Assembly: GCA_963695395.1 (NCBI GenBank)
Contig: CAVOGK010000040.1
Location: 17,699-81,698 of the forward strand
Direction of reading: 5' to 3'
DNA from: an uncultured Thermoleophilia bacterium
GTDB taxonomy: Bacteria; Actinomycetota; Thermoleophilia; UBA2241
Length of the DNA: 64,000 bases
The notes beneath the pieces were generated by a model, which was not told the DNA's origin, did no database searches, and saw only the letters and a list, made by a program, of their open reading frames with translations. The position numbers and the translations under genes were made by a program. This document shows, in pieces, positions 16,477-31,710 of this stretch. Each line of letters opens with the position of its first letter. The stretch's first letter is position 1.

Positions 16477-18736
16477 TCAGGCCGGCGGCAGCAGACCGGT
16501 CTCGCGGGCGCGCTGCACCGCGTCGGCACGCGGGGCGACCTGCAGCTTGCGATAGACGCTCTTGAGGTGGGTCTTGACCGTGTTGCGCGACAGGAAGAGC
16601 TGCTCGGCGATCTGCGCATCGGTCAGGTGCGTCGGCAGCAGCTCGAGCACGCGCCGCTCCGCGGGGGTCGGCGGCTCCGCGATCCGGGCCTGTTCGACCG
16701 TCTCGCGCAGCCGCTCGGCGCGGCGCCGCAGGATACCCGCGTCGGGATAGCGCGAGAGCAGCGCCGCAGCCGCCAGAGGCGTGTTCCTCGGCCACGTGCT
16801 GGAGCGCGGACTCGACCGCGACCTCGCCCAGCACGACGTGCGCCAGCAGATCCATCCACGGGTGCGGGACCATCTGCGCGAGGAGTCCGAGGACGGCGGC
16901 GGCATCGCCCGTGTCGCCGCCCTGTCGTGCTCCCAGCTTCGCCCGCGCCAGCAGCATGGGCAGGCAGCGGCGGCTGGTGCCGAACCCGAGTTCGGCCAGG
17001 CGCGCCGAGGCAAGCATCTCGTACTCGCGAGCGGTCTCCCACTCCCTCTCGTCGGCGCTGATGAGCGCGAGATACCCGAGCGCGGCAAGCTGGGCCGACG
17101 GGTTGCAGACCGAGCCCTCGCGCGCGGCGACGGCGAGCGGGTGAAGCGCGCGCTGAGACGACCCGGAGAGCCAGCGCGCCACGCCCAGCGTCAACTGGGC
17201 GTCGGCATGCCAGCTCGTCCCCGGCCGGGTCTCAAGGCTCGCGGCCAGTTCGGCGTCCTCGCGCATCCGGCGCACGCCGTCCGGGGCGATGGTGGCGCGG
17301 AGCAGAGCCTGCGACGAGCGCAGCGAGGCGGCGCCATCGGGCGACGGCGTGTCGTCCATCAAGGCGTCGCACGCCGCCCGGCCCCAGCGCTCGCCGGCGC
17401 TGCCGCCATCGAGTCCCGTGAACATCCACCCGGCGGTGAGGGTCAGCGGCTTGTGTCGCAGCACCTGGCGGTCGTCGAAGGACTCCAGCCAGCGGCGCAC
17501 GGTCTCGGCTTGACCCCGACTCCACACGGCCGGCCAGCTGGCAGACACGACGTCCGCCGCGGCAGTGATATCCCCGGCGGCGAGCAGGTGGTGGACCTGA
17601 CCATCCGGGTCCTCGTGCGCCGCGCACCATCCGGCGACGCGGCGATGCAGATCATCTCGCTCGCCGGGGCGCCGTGACTCGAGCTCGGCCTCCAGCACCT
17701 CGGCGAAGAGATGGTGGTAGCGATAGACGTGGCCGGCGCCGAGCGGCACGACGAAGAGCCCTTCGCGGGCGACTTGAGCGAGACGATCGCCGGCGTCGTC
17801 CAACCCGGTCACCAGCTTGCATGCGGCGGGTGTGAGCGTGGTCAATACCGAGGTCCTGAGGAGGAACTCCTGTACATCGGGGGGCTGCCCATCGAGGACC
17901 TCCGCCGTCAGATACGCGGCGATGTCGCGGTCCCGTCCGCGGAGGCGTGGGAGGAGCTCCTGAAGTGTCGCGCCCTCGGCGGCCAGGCAGACCAGGTGGA
18001 GGCCGGCCGCCCATCCCTCCGTCAGCGAGAGCAGAGAGTCGAGGGTCGCGGGGTCGGGGTCGCAGTCGTGCAGGCCGACGAACTCGACCGTCTCTTCCCG
18101 ACTGAGGGCAAGCTGCTGGGCGCGGAACTCGTTCAGCTCGTTGGCCACGCGTAGACGAGCAAGAGGCAGCGGCGGGTCCGCGCGCGTACCAAGCGCCAGC
18201 TGGGCGCCAGGCGGCAGATTGCGGAGCACGAAGTCGACGGCCTCCCAGCAGCCTCGGCTTCGGAGCAGGTGAGCATCGTCGATCACGAGGATGAACGGGG
18301 AGGCGGCGGCGAGCGCCTCGGCGAGTTGCGGCATCACCTTCTCCCGCAGCGGCGGGATCGCGAGATGCAGCGAAGCCTCTGCATCCGCCCCGACGGGAGC
18401 GATCTCTCCCAGAGTCCGCAGCAGGCAGTTCAGCAGCAGCACGAGGTCGTCGTCCGCGCGATCCAGCTGAATCCACGCTGAGGGGCGTTCGTCGATCTCG
18501 ATCCATTGCCGCAGCAAGGTCGTCTTGCCGGTGCCGGCAGGCGCGCACACGAGGACGAGGGAGCCGTTCGCGGCTTCGAGGGCGTCGAGGAGCGCACGCC
18601 GCGTCAGGCAGCGGGCGTGCGTCCGAGGGGGTTGCAGCTTCGCGGGCAGGTGGGAGGCCGCAGCGCGCGGCGCGGCCCGCCGGCGCTCAGGCGAGCGCTC
18701 AGCGGCACCGCGACCTGGGCCCGTCCCTGCAGCCAC
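16477..18736 (-). CDS. LAL/MalT-type large ATP-binding LuxR-family regulator, one frame break as assembled
   Basis: Walker A APAGTGKTTLL near the N-terminus, then a long TPR-like middle. The GerE/LuxR HTH (ERRVLELLPTHLTDAQIAEQLFLSRNTVKTHLKSVYRKL) is in the frame of ORF 16477-17088. The junction is at ~16775-16790. Confidence 0.75.
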
Positions 18737-18883
18737 CGTGCCCTCCCACGGGCGACCCTCACTGGACTATCAGTCTACGACGCACAACGGCCACCGGCTA
18801 CAAGGAGCGTCGCGATCGCAGTCAGCCGTGGTCGCCGTGCGGCGGCGCCCATTCCGCACCGTTGCGCGCCGCGGCGCGAACGG

Positions 18884-19267
18884 TCAGCCGCGCGGCTCGA
18901 CCACGCCGTCGGGCCGGGCGCTCGGCAGCGGCCCCGCCGCCTCGCCGAGCACCAACGGGCTTTGGTCGACGGCCTCGAAGGCCTTGTGGAGCGCCGAGAC
19001 GAGAGCGCCCTGGGAGTGGCCGCGGTAGCGGTAGCGCACGAGCGCCTCGATCTGTGCCCGCTCGGTGAGGACGTTGTGGCCGAGCAGCAGGCGCTCGAAG
19101 AAGTCGGACGCCGCGGCCATCATCAGCGTGGTGCTGCAGGCGACGACCGCGCCCTCGGCATCGACCTCGATGACGACGCCCACGCGCTTGTACATCGCCT
19201 GGTGGCTCACGTCCTGGGGCAGGCGCGCGTAGCCGGAGAAGAGGAAGGTGCTCGGCTCGCCGGTCAT
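18884..19267 (-). CDS. DUF3870-like small protein
   Basis: 127 aa, FLFSGYARLPQDVSHQAMYKRVGVVIEVDAEGAVVACSTTLMM...RYRGHSQGALVSALHKA. Family recalled from memory. Divergent from the CoA-transferase genes. Confidence 0.55.
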   Translation of the reverse strand: MTGEPSTFLFSGYARLPQDVSHQAMYKRVGVVIEVDAEGAVVACSTTLMMAAASDFFERLLLGHNVLTERAQIEALVRYRYRGHSQGALVSALHKAFEAVDQSPLVLGEAAGPLPSARPDGVVEPRG

Positions 19268-19537
19268 GCCGGGAGCCTACCATATGCGAGCGTGGGCCAA
19301 GCTGGCCGCGGTGCACCCCCGAGCGCGCGGGCGCACACGCAAGCACGGGCTGGCGCCGACGGCACGGCTCTTGCACCCCGGCCGTCCGCGTGTATCATGG
19401 TGCCGCTGCCGCAAGGCCCGGGCCGGCGGCGTTCCCACCGGCCCCTCCGCCAGGCCCTGCTCCCCAGCCGAGACGTACCGTGCTCGCTGGGGCTTCTGCA
19501 TTTAAGGGGGTCCCGCAGACTCGAGGAGGGGACCGCG

Positions 19538-20515
19538 ATGCCAGAGCACAACGGGCTGGACGGCAAGCTGATGAGCGTCGGTGAGGCCGTCGAGCGCTTC
19601 GTCCGCGACGGCGACCAGATCTGTGTCGGCGGGTTCACGATCAACCGCAACCCGATGGCCGTCGCCTACGAGATCGCGCGCCGCCGCATGAAGGACCTGC
19701 ATCTGGTGGCGCACTCCAACGGCCAGGCGCTCGACGTGCTGGTGGGAGCCGGCTGCGTGCGCCGCCTGGACATCGCCTACGGCGGCAACGGCCGCTTCGC
19801 CCCCACCTGTATCCGCTTCCGCAAGGCGGTCGAGCGCGGCGAGATCCTCGTCGAGGACTACACCAACAACATGATGAGCCTGCGCTTCCTCGCCGGCGCG
19901 CTCGGCGTACCGTTCATCCCCAGCAAGTCCGGTCTCGGCACGGACGTGGTCGAGAAGTCCGGCTTTCCGCCCGAGCTGCGCGGCGAAGACGGCATCCCCT
20001 GCGAGAAGGTCATCGTCATCGACGACCCGTTCGGCCACGAAGACGACGAGGTGGTGCTCCTCCCGGCGCTCACGCCGGACGTCTCGATCGTCCACGCCCA
20101 GCAGGTGAGCACCGACGGCACCGTGCGCATCAAGGGACTCACGTTCGCCGATCTGGAGCAGTGCAAGGCCGCGACCAGGGTGATCGTCACCTGCGAGGAG
20201 ATCGTCCCCGAGCACTACCTGCGCCTCGACCCCGACCAGAACGCGCTACCGCCGTTCCTCGTGGACGCGGTGGTGCCGGTGCCCTACGGCGCCCACCCCA
20301 CCGCCTGCCGCTACTTCTACGACTACGACCCGGTGCACCTGAACCACTACAAGACGGTCGCCAGGGATGACGAGCAGTGGGCCGCCTGGCTCGAGGAGTG
20401 GGTGTACGGCGTCGAGAGCTGGGACCACTACCTCGACAAGATCGGCGGCGCGCAGCTCGCGCGGATCCGCGCCAACACCGTCGCCGGCTACGCGCCGGGC
20501 CTGGACCGGAGGTGA
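19538..20515 (+). CDS. CoA-transferase subunit A (glutaconate CoA-transferase GctA-like)
   Basis: GAGGAGGG RBS plus ATG at 19538, 325 aa. LMSVGEAVERFVRDGDQICVGGF...HSNGQALDVLVGAGCV...AYGGNG. Confidence 0.85.
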   Translation: MPEHNGLDGKLMSVGEAVERFVRDGDQICVGGFTINRNPMAVAYEIARRRMKDLHLVAHSNGQALDVLVGAGCVRRLDIAYGGNGRFAPTCIRFRKAVERGEILVEDYTNNMMSLRFLAGALGVPFIPSKSGLGTDVVEKSGFPPELRGEDGIPCEKVIVIDDPFGHEDDEVVLLPALTPDVSIVHAQQVSTDGTVRIKGLTFADLEQCKAATRVIVTCEEIVPEHYLRLDPDQNALPPFLVDAVVPVPYGAHPTACRYFYDYDPVHLNHYKTVARDDEQWAAWLEEWVYGVESWDHYLDKIGGAQLARIRANTVAGYAPGLDRR

Positions 20516-20520
20516 GGGAG

Positions 20521-21279
20521 ATGGAGTACTCACCGCGCGAGATGATGGCGATCGCCGCCGGCCGCTTCATCAAGGACGGCGACGTGCTCTTCGCCGGCAC
20601 CGGCGTGGCGATGCTCGCCGCCACCGTGGCCAAGCGCATCCACGCTCCGCACGCGCACATCTTCTTCGAGACCGGCGGAATCGGGCCGCCGCTCGACGAG
20701 CTGCCGATGGCGGTGGCCGACCCTCGCGTGATGGCGTTCAGCAACCTCAACGCGGGGCTGGTCGAGGCGTTCAGCTACGTCGCCAACCGGCGCCTGCACA
20801 CCATCGCCTTCCTCGGCGCCGCGCAGATCGACAGGTACGGCAACATGAACTCCACGGTGATCGGCGACTACCTGGCGCCCGATGTCCGCTTCAGCGGGAG
20901 CGGCGGCGCCTGTGACGCCGGCTCGCTGGCGAGCGGCTACATCGTCTTCATGCAGCACGGCGTGCAGAAGTTCGTGGAGAGACTCGACTACCTGACCACG
21001 CCGGGCTGGCTCACGGGCGGCGACTCGCGCAGGCACGCCGGCTACCGGCGCGGCGGCCCGATCGCCGTCGTGACCAACCTCTGCGTGCTCAAGTTCGAGG
21101 ACGATACGCACGAGATGTACCTCGCCGAGCGCTACGAGGGCGTGACGCCGGAGCAGGTGCAGGAGAACACCGGATTCGCCCTCGACGTCTCTCGCGCGAC
21201 GGTGGCCACGCCGCCGACCGCGGAGGAGCTGCGCATCCTGCGCGACGACGTCGATCCGCAGCGCCTCATCCTCGGCTGA
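20521..21279 (+). CDS. CoA-transferase subunit B (GctB-like)
   Basis: ATG 5 nt after the subunit A stop. MEYSPREMMAIAAGRFIKDGDVLFAGTGV...FFETGGIG...GAAQIDRYGNMNST. Confidence 0.85.
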   Translation: MEYSPREMMAIAAGRFIKDGDVLFAGTGVAMLAATVAKRIHAPHAHIFFETGGIGPPLDELPMAVADPRVMAFSNLNAGLVEAFSYVANRRLHTIAFLGAAQIDRYGNMNSTVIGDYLAPDVRFSGSGGACDAGSLASGYIVFMQHGVQKFVERLDYLTTPGWLTGGDSRRHAGYRRGGPIAVVTNLCVLKFEDDTHEMYLAERYEGVTPEQVQENTGFALDVSRATVATPPTAEELRILRDDVDPQRLILG

Positions 21280-21374
21280 CGGACCCCTCGCGAGCGGGCG
21301 TCGCTCGAGCGGCGCCGGAAGGAGCAGCCCGCCCGCTCGCACGCGGGCCCGCTCCCTCGTGGGCGGACCCGCCG

Positions 21375-21836
21375 TCAGCTGACGGTCGGCACCCCCAGCC
21401 GCGCGAGGGCTGCCTCCCACTCCCCTGGGTCGTCGACGAGGAACCCGACCTCGGCGCCGTCGTCGAGGACCACCACGACCCGGTGCCGGTGAGCGGCCGC
21501 GGCGTCGCGGCGGCGGTCCTCCATGCGCGCCGCCGTCACGCGCGCGAGCGGCACGCTCAGCCGGTCGCCGGCGATGGGCAGAAAGACGAGGCGGCGATCG
21601 GTGAGGCCGAGCACGCCGCGACCCTTGCCGCGAACGTAGGGCTGGCGCGCGCCCTGGTGCTCGGCGCCGCTCAACGGGATCAGCCACTCCTCGCCGAGGC
21701 GTTCCGCCTCGTCGCGCAGGCCGTCGGCGCGCCCCTCGGCTCGCGAGCCGACCCGTCGCATCGCGATCACGGCGACGACGAGGGTCGCCGCCATGACGCC
21801 GGCGACGACGAGGACCGCGATGAGCGCGCTCGTCAT
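21375..21836 (-). CDS. Hypothetical membrane-anchored protein with a PH/GRAM-like C-terminal domain
   Basis: One N-terminal TM helix (MTSALIAVLVVAGVMAATLVVAVIAM), then RGVLGLTDRRLVFLPIAGDRLSVPLARV. Confidence 0.5.
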   Translation of the reverse strand: MTSALIAVLVVAGVMAATLVVAVIAMRRVGSRAEGRADGLRDEAERLGEEWLIPLSGAEHQGARQPYVRGKGRGVLGLTDRRLVFLPIAGDRLSVPLARVTAARMEDRRRDAAAAHRHRVVVVLDDGAEVGFLVDDPGEWEAALARLGVPTVS

Positions 21837-21900
21837 GGGTGCGACTCCGGAGGCAGAAGGGGCGCCGTGGTCCCGAGGACCGCGGCGCCCCACTGATGAC

Positions 21901-21975
<75 letters not shown>

Positions 21976-22074
21976 CCGTTTCCGGCCGGTGGATTATAGG
22001 CCACCGGCCGCGGCCGGACAAATGCGGCCGCACCGGCAGTGGGCTCGCGGAGGACGCTCCCGCGCCCGGCAGCC

Positions 22075-23523
22075 TCAGTGCCATCGCGGCGCCGTCCACC
22101 ACCCGTGAGGCACGCCGTAGGCCTCCGATCCCACCGCCACGTGGCTTCGCTGACCGCGACGCGCGTCGGCGGTCAGCTTCGCCGTCAGCGCCTCGCGCAG
22201 CTGGTCGAAGCGCGGGCGCCAGTAGCTGTCGTCACCGGGAGCCAGCCCCGCGAGCTCGTGACTCGCCACGACGGCCGTGGCGGCCTCGTGCGCGTCCAGG
22301 TGCTCCTTCCACCACTCCGGATGCTCGATGCGGGTCCCGTACCGTGACGCGGGGGCCGCGACGTCGACCTCGTGCTCACCCGTGGGCATGAACGCCCACG
22401 CCTGCGCGTCGACCGTGACGGAGGTGTCGGTCGCGGCCGTCACGAAGCGCTCCAGCGCATCGAGCGTCTCGCCCGCCGTCTCCGCGGTCTCCCCCGGCTG
22501 GTTGAACGCAAGGCGGGCGCGCGTGACCACACCCTTGGCGTTCAGGTACTCGAGCAACTCCAGGGCGTGGGCGACGGCCTTCTTCGGGTTCGCGGCCTGG
22601 CCGGTGCGGCCGAGGAGCCCGGGCGACAGCGCCCCTACCTCGAGCACGACGCCGATGCGCGCCCGGCAGACCTTGTCGATATCCAGACGCACCAAGGCGT
22701 CCGGGCGTCCGGAGATGGTGAGCGCGAGGTCTCGCCGGTCACCGGCCGCCAGACGGTCCAGCACGGCGCGCCGCCAGCCCGCCTCGTACCCGAAGACCGG
22801 GTCCAGCACCTCGACCTTGCCCGGCCGTAGCGCGGCGACGCGGTCGATCGCCTCGACGGCGACGTCCGGAGGGTAGGCGTGCCAACCGGCGCCGCCCGGA
22901 CGGAGCAGGCACGCCGGCGCGTTGTACGGGCACCCGCGGCTGAGAGACAGTCCGATCTCGGGCAGACCCTCCGCGACGTAGGGGTACGCCGTATAGTCGG
23001 GCAGGTGCTCCGCGTCGAGCGGCAGCGGCGTACCCTCGAGCGAGTGGCAGCCACCGGTCTCGCGCTCGCCGGCGGCGACCTGCCCGGCGAGGGTGACGAC
23101 GGCCGACTCAGCCTCGCCGGCGATCAGCCAGTCGAAGGGGGCGCCCGGATCGTTGAAGTCGTCCGGGCACACCGACACATGATGGCCCTCCACGGCGATC
23201 ACCGCGTCCGGCAGCTGCCGGCGCGCGCGTTCGGCGACCGCCACGGCAGCCGAGTAGTGAAGGGCGGACCAGCAGGAGACCACGACGAGGTCCGCCTCGT
23301 GCTCTGCGAGCAAGCCCTCGGCGATCTGCAGGAAGCTCTCGCGGGCGACGTCGTCGGCCGGGTTGCCCAGCTCCGACTCGAGGTCGAGGACGTCGGTCGC
23401 GTGGCCCGCCCGGCGGAGCTCGGTGAAGAGCTGCACCAACTCGGGCTTGACCTGCGGCCCGTCGGCCCAGCGGCCGCCGTAGAGCGAGCCGGGGAACACC
23501 AGCAGCACGAGCGTCTCCTGCAT
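22075..23523 (-). CDS. B12-binding-domain / radical-SAM-fold protein with a degenerate Cys motif
   Basis: Start at MQETLVLLVFPG (ATG 23523), 482 aa. N-terminal Rossmann-like B12-binding-type domain (DLVVVSCWSALHYSAAVAVAERARRQLPDAVIAVEGHHVS). Where CxxxCxxC is expected the sequence is LSLSRGCPYNAPACLL, which has only two Cys. The upstream part of the 635-aa ORF-track entry overlaps the sigma gene and is not credible. Confidence 0.65.
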   Translation of the reverse strand: MQETLVLLVFPGSLYGGRWADGPQVKPELVQLFTELRRAGHATDVLDLESELGNPADDVARESFLQIAEGLLAEHEADLVVVSCWSALHYSAAVAVAERARRQLPDAVIAVEGHHVSVCPDDFNDPGAPFDWLIAGEAESAVVTLAGQVAAGERETGGCHSLEGTPLPLDAEHLPDYTAYPYVAEGLPEIGLSLSRGCPYNAPACLLRPGGAGWHAYPPDVAVEAIDRVAALRPGKVEVLDPVFGYEAGWRRAVLDRLAAGDRRDLALTISGRPDALVRLDIDKVCRARIGVVLEVGALSPGLLGRTGQAANPKKAVAHALELLEYLNAKGVVTRARLAFNQPGETAETAGETLDALERFVTAATDTSVTVDAQAWAFMPTGEHEVDVAAPASRYGTRIEHPEWWKEHLDAHEAATAVVASHELAGLAPGDDSYWRPRFDQLREALTAKLTADARRGQRSHVAVGSEAYGVPHGWWTAPRWH

Positions 23524-23536
23524 CGCGAGCGAGGTC

Positions 23537-24673
<1,137 letters not shown>

Positions 24674-24863
24674 TGACTCGTTCAGCTCCTTGGTTGCAGC
24701 GGTACGGGGAGCGGGTGGCGCTGTCCTGCCCCGCTCCCGCCTCCGCGTTCGTCGTCGTGGTCGTGGCCGGCAACCGTTGCCGGATGGTCCTCTCGCGCGC
24801 CTTTCGGCTCGATCAGCGGTGTGCCTGCGGCACCCCGCTCGCTCGTCGATCCGCCCGCAGCGC

Positions 24864-25996
<1,133 letters not shown>

Positions 25997-26000
<4 letters not shown>

Positions 26001-27820
26001 CGCTCTTCGGTGTCGTCGTCGACCGGGATGGCGCGGAGCGCTTCGCGCAGGCTCCGTCGTACCGACTCGAGCCTCGCCAGCTCCTCACCCTGCCTCCCAG
26101 CTTCGTCAGTCTTCATCGTGACCTTGAGCCGCGCGATGAGTCGGCCCACCTGCGCCTCCTGGAGACGCAGGAACAACTCCTTGATGACGGTCGCGGTGAA
26201 CCGCTCCCGCCCGGCCCGCACGATCACCTCGGCGAACGCCTCGGCGCCGTCGCCCGCGGGCCCGAACGCCTCCGCCGATTGCGGGGTATTCCCCGCCTCA
26301 TCGGCGGTCAATCTCGCCTTGACACGACGGAGCGCGGCGCGCGTCTCCGCCGTGGCGAAGAAGCCCTCGTCGACGCCCGCGAGCGCCTCCCGTCCGGGCC
26401 CGGGCTGCGCCAGGCAGCCGGCCAGGAACCTGACCTCGAGCTCGTGGGCGCCGCCTGAAGCGACCGCGGGTCCACCGCCCCGCGAAGGCGTGCGCTCGCT
26501 GCCGGCAGCACCCGTGACGGGGCGTCCGCTGCCGGAGAGCAGGTAGCGCACGCTCTCCGCGGAGAGCTGCAGCTTGTCAGCGACATACCGCAGCTCGTCG
26601 TCGCGTTCCATCGGCGTCGCTGCTTCGGAGAGGACCTCCCTGAGTCGCGCGAACGCGCGTGCCCTTCCGTCGGGCTTGTCGAGGTCGTGAGTAGCGAGCG
26701 CCAAGCGGACGTGGAATTGTAGCAGCGTCTGCGCCTCGGCGGCAAGCGCGCGGAACCCGTCTCCCCCAGCCCCGGCGAGGACGAAGTCGGCCGGGTCCAG
26801 ACCGTCGGGAACGCGCACGACGTGCAGCGAGAGATTCATGCGACGACCGAGCGAGAGCGCACGCTGCATGGCGCCGATACCGGCCGCGTCGGCGTCGAAG
26901 CACAGGTAGAGGTTGCGCGTGAGGCGCGAGAGGCGGCCCAGCTGCTGCTCCGTGAGGGCCGTCCCCATGCTCGCGACCACGTTGGCGACGCCCGCCTGAG
27001 CGAGGGCCAGGACGTCGGTGTAGCCCTCGACGACGTAGACGCGGTCGTCCCGGCGGGCGGCATCCTTTGCCTTGTCCAGGCCGAACAGAGCCTCGCTCTT
27101 GTGGTAGAGCGAGGTCTCCGGCGAGTTGAGGTACTTGGGCTTCTCGTCGCCGAGGGTGCGAGCGCCGAAGCCCAGCGTGCGCCCGCGCTCGTCGCCGAGC
27201 GGGAACATGATGCGCCCGCGGAAGCGGTCGTACGGGCGGCCGCTCTTGCCGGGGATCACGAGTCCGGCGTCGAGGAGGTCCTGGTCGCTGAAGCCGGTCT
27301 TGAGGGCGGCATCGCGCAGCGTGCCCCAGCCGGGCCTGCTGAAGCCGACGTGAAAGGCGCGGCAGGTCTCGTCCAGGAGGCCGCGCCCCGCGAGGTAGTC
27401 GCGGGCGGGCGCGGCTGCGGGAGCGTCCCAGAGGACGCGCTCGAAGTAGTCCCCAGCCTTCGCGAGCACCGCCCTCAGGCGCTCGCGGCGCCGGCGCTCA
27501 GCGTCGCCGCGGGCGCTCGACTCCTCGTACTCGAGCATGATCCCGTACTTGTCCGCGAGGTACTCGACGGCCTCGGGAAAATCCATGTTCTCCTTGGCCA
27601 TGACGAAGCCGATGAGATTGCCGCCGGCGCCGCAGCCGAAGCAGTAGTACAGCTTCTCGCCGGGGTTCACCGAGAACGACGGCGTGCGCTCCTCGTGGAA
27701 GGGGCAGCGGCCGCTGAAGTTGGCGCCGGCCTTCTTGAGGTCGGTGTACTGGCCGACGACCTCGACCATGTCGGCGGCGGCGACCACCTGCTCGATGCTG
27801 CTCTGCGCGATGAGGGCCAC
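25997..27820 (-). CDS. dnaG: DNA primase
   Basis: 607 aa, GTG start. CHC2 zinc finger [31 protein letters not shown], and a TOPRIM block [13 protein letters not shown]. Confidence 0.92.
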
Positions 27821-27821
27821 G

Positions 27822-28253
27822 TCAGCGTCCCCCGTCGTTGCGGGCGTCGTGCGCGGCGCGGTCGCGCCGCCGGCGCGCCTCGCGCTGCTCGCGGCGGCGC
27901 AGCGCCTCGATGGTCGCCTGCTGCTCGGCGGCCACGACCCGCATGGTGGCTCCCGTGCGGCGGCGCTCCTTCTTGCCGGGGCGCGGTGAGCGTTCGTGAG
28001 GCTGCCACGTGTAGCCGATGTGGTCGAACGACCACACGAGCAGGACGGTGAGCGCCGTCATCCACGCCAGGTAGAAGAGGGCGAAGAGAGCCCACGCCTC
28101 GGGCGTCGTCGTGTCTTTGGCCGGGGGAGCGCCCCAGGGCTGGATCTGCGGCAGACGCAGCCAGCCGAGGCCGAACGTGACGACGGCGGGCACGACGGCC
28201 AGGATGAGCAGGCCGACGGTGACGAGCACGATCAGCAGCCGGCGACGGTCCAC
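27822..28253 (-). CDS. Hypothetical small membrane protein with a basic coiled C-terminus
   Basis: GTG at 28253 about 10 nt after GGAGG. Two TM helices (LLIVLVTVGLLILAVVPAVV, ALFALFYLAWMTALTVLLVW), then an Arg/Glu-rich tail. Stop is 1 nt before the dnaG start. Confidence 0.5.
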   Translation of the reverse strand: MDRRRLLIVLVTVGLLILAVVPAVVTFGLGWLRLPQIQPWGAPPAKDTTTPEAWALFALFYLAWMTALTVLLVWSFDHIGYTWQPHERSPRPGKKERRRTGATMRVVAAEQQATIEALRRREQREARRRRDRAAHDARNDGGR

Positions 28254-28257
28254 CGCG

Positions 28258-28869
28258 TCAGGCCTCCGGTGTGAGAGAACGAGCCATGAGCATCTCGTCA
28301 TGATACTTGTCGCCGCGGCGGTACTGTGCGTGCCGCAGCCCTTCGCGCACGAAGCGGTGGCGCTCGTAGAACGCGATGGCGCCGGCGTTCTCCGGAAAGA
28401 CGCCGAGGACGGCGCGCAGATACCCTGCCGTCGCCGCCCACCGGAGGGCCGCCTCCAGGAGCGCGCCGCCGGCGCCCACGCCGCGGCAGCCGGCGGCCAC
28501 CGACATGCCGAGCCAGGCGACGTGCGCCGAGGCCGGATTGGCGTCGGGCCACAACCCGAGGTTGCCCACAAGATCGCCGCCGCACTCGGCGACGAGGAAG
28601 AGCCCGCGCGGCGACGCCGTGGCGTCGGCGATGCGCCGCCGCCAGTCGCCCGACTTGGCCTCGCCCGGCTGCAGGATCAGCGTCACCTGCGGCTCGCCGG
28701 CGACCGCGTCGAGGATTCGCGTCACCCGGGGCGCGTCGCGCCTGCGGGCGTCCCGCAGGCGAAGCGCCCGCCCGTCGGCGAGCCTCACCTCGATCTCTCG
28801 TCCCAGCTTGGCCACGGGGTGGCCTCCCCCGCCCGGTGAGCGAGAAGCGCCGGCCCGGGCCCGCCTCAC
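28258..28869 (-). CDS. GNAT-family N-acetyltransferase
   Basis: Acetyl-CoA-binding block MSVAAGCRGVGAGGALLEAAL...AIAFYERHRF. Start is uncertain (28869 or an internal GTG at ~28815). Confidence 0.72.
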   Translation of the reverse strand: MRRARAGASRSPGGGGHPVAKLGREIEVRLADGRALRLRDARRRDAPRVTRILDAVAGEPQVTLILQPGEAKSGDWRRRIADATASPRGLFLVAECGGDLVGNLGLWPDANPASAHVAWLGMSVAAGCRGVGAGGALLEAALRWAATAGYLRAVLGVFPENAGAIAFYERHRFVREGLRHAQYRRGDKYHDEMLMARSLTPEA

Positions 28870-28905
28870 GAGGTGCCCGGGCCGGCGCCCGTCGATTGCT
28901 GTGGT

Positions 28906-31633
<2,728 letters not shown>

Positions 31634-31710
31634 CCTGATTGCCTCCCCTGGCATCTTGGTCCGCCGTGTCGCGGCGGTCGCGTGGGATGTTGGACGGGAC
31701 TCCTGTGGGG

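Noticed and set aside
13344-16619. 1091-aa minus-strand ORF spanning the ETF/ACAD region
   Set aside because: It is a composite read-through. Only its last 93 codons (FixX) and an internal stretch (the FixC N-terminus) are native-looking. The rest is Arg/Pro/Gly-rich sequence out of frame with the acyl-CoA dehydrogenase.
18506-20515. 669-aa plus-strand ORF and several 100-300-aa ORFs over 18.5-19.5 kb
   Set aside because: Only the last 325 codons, from ATG 19538 with a GAGGAGGG RBS, match CoA-transferase subunit A. The upstream part is antisense to the LAL regulator and DUF3870 and is low-complexity.
21292-21338. Hairpin GAGCGGGCG...CGCCCGCTC between the convergent CoA-transferase B and the 21375 gene, as a terminator
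   Set aside because: The 9-bp stem has a ~29-nt loop and no U-tract, which is too weak to call.
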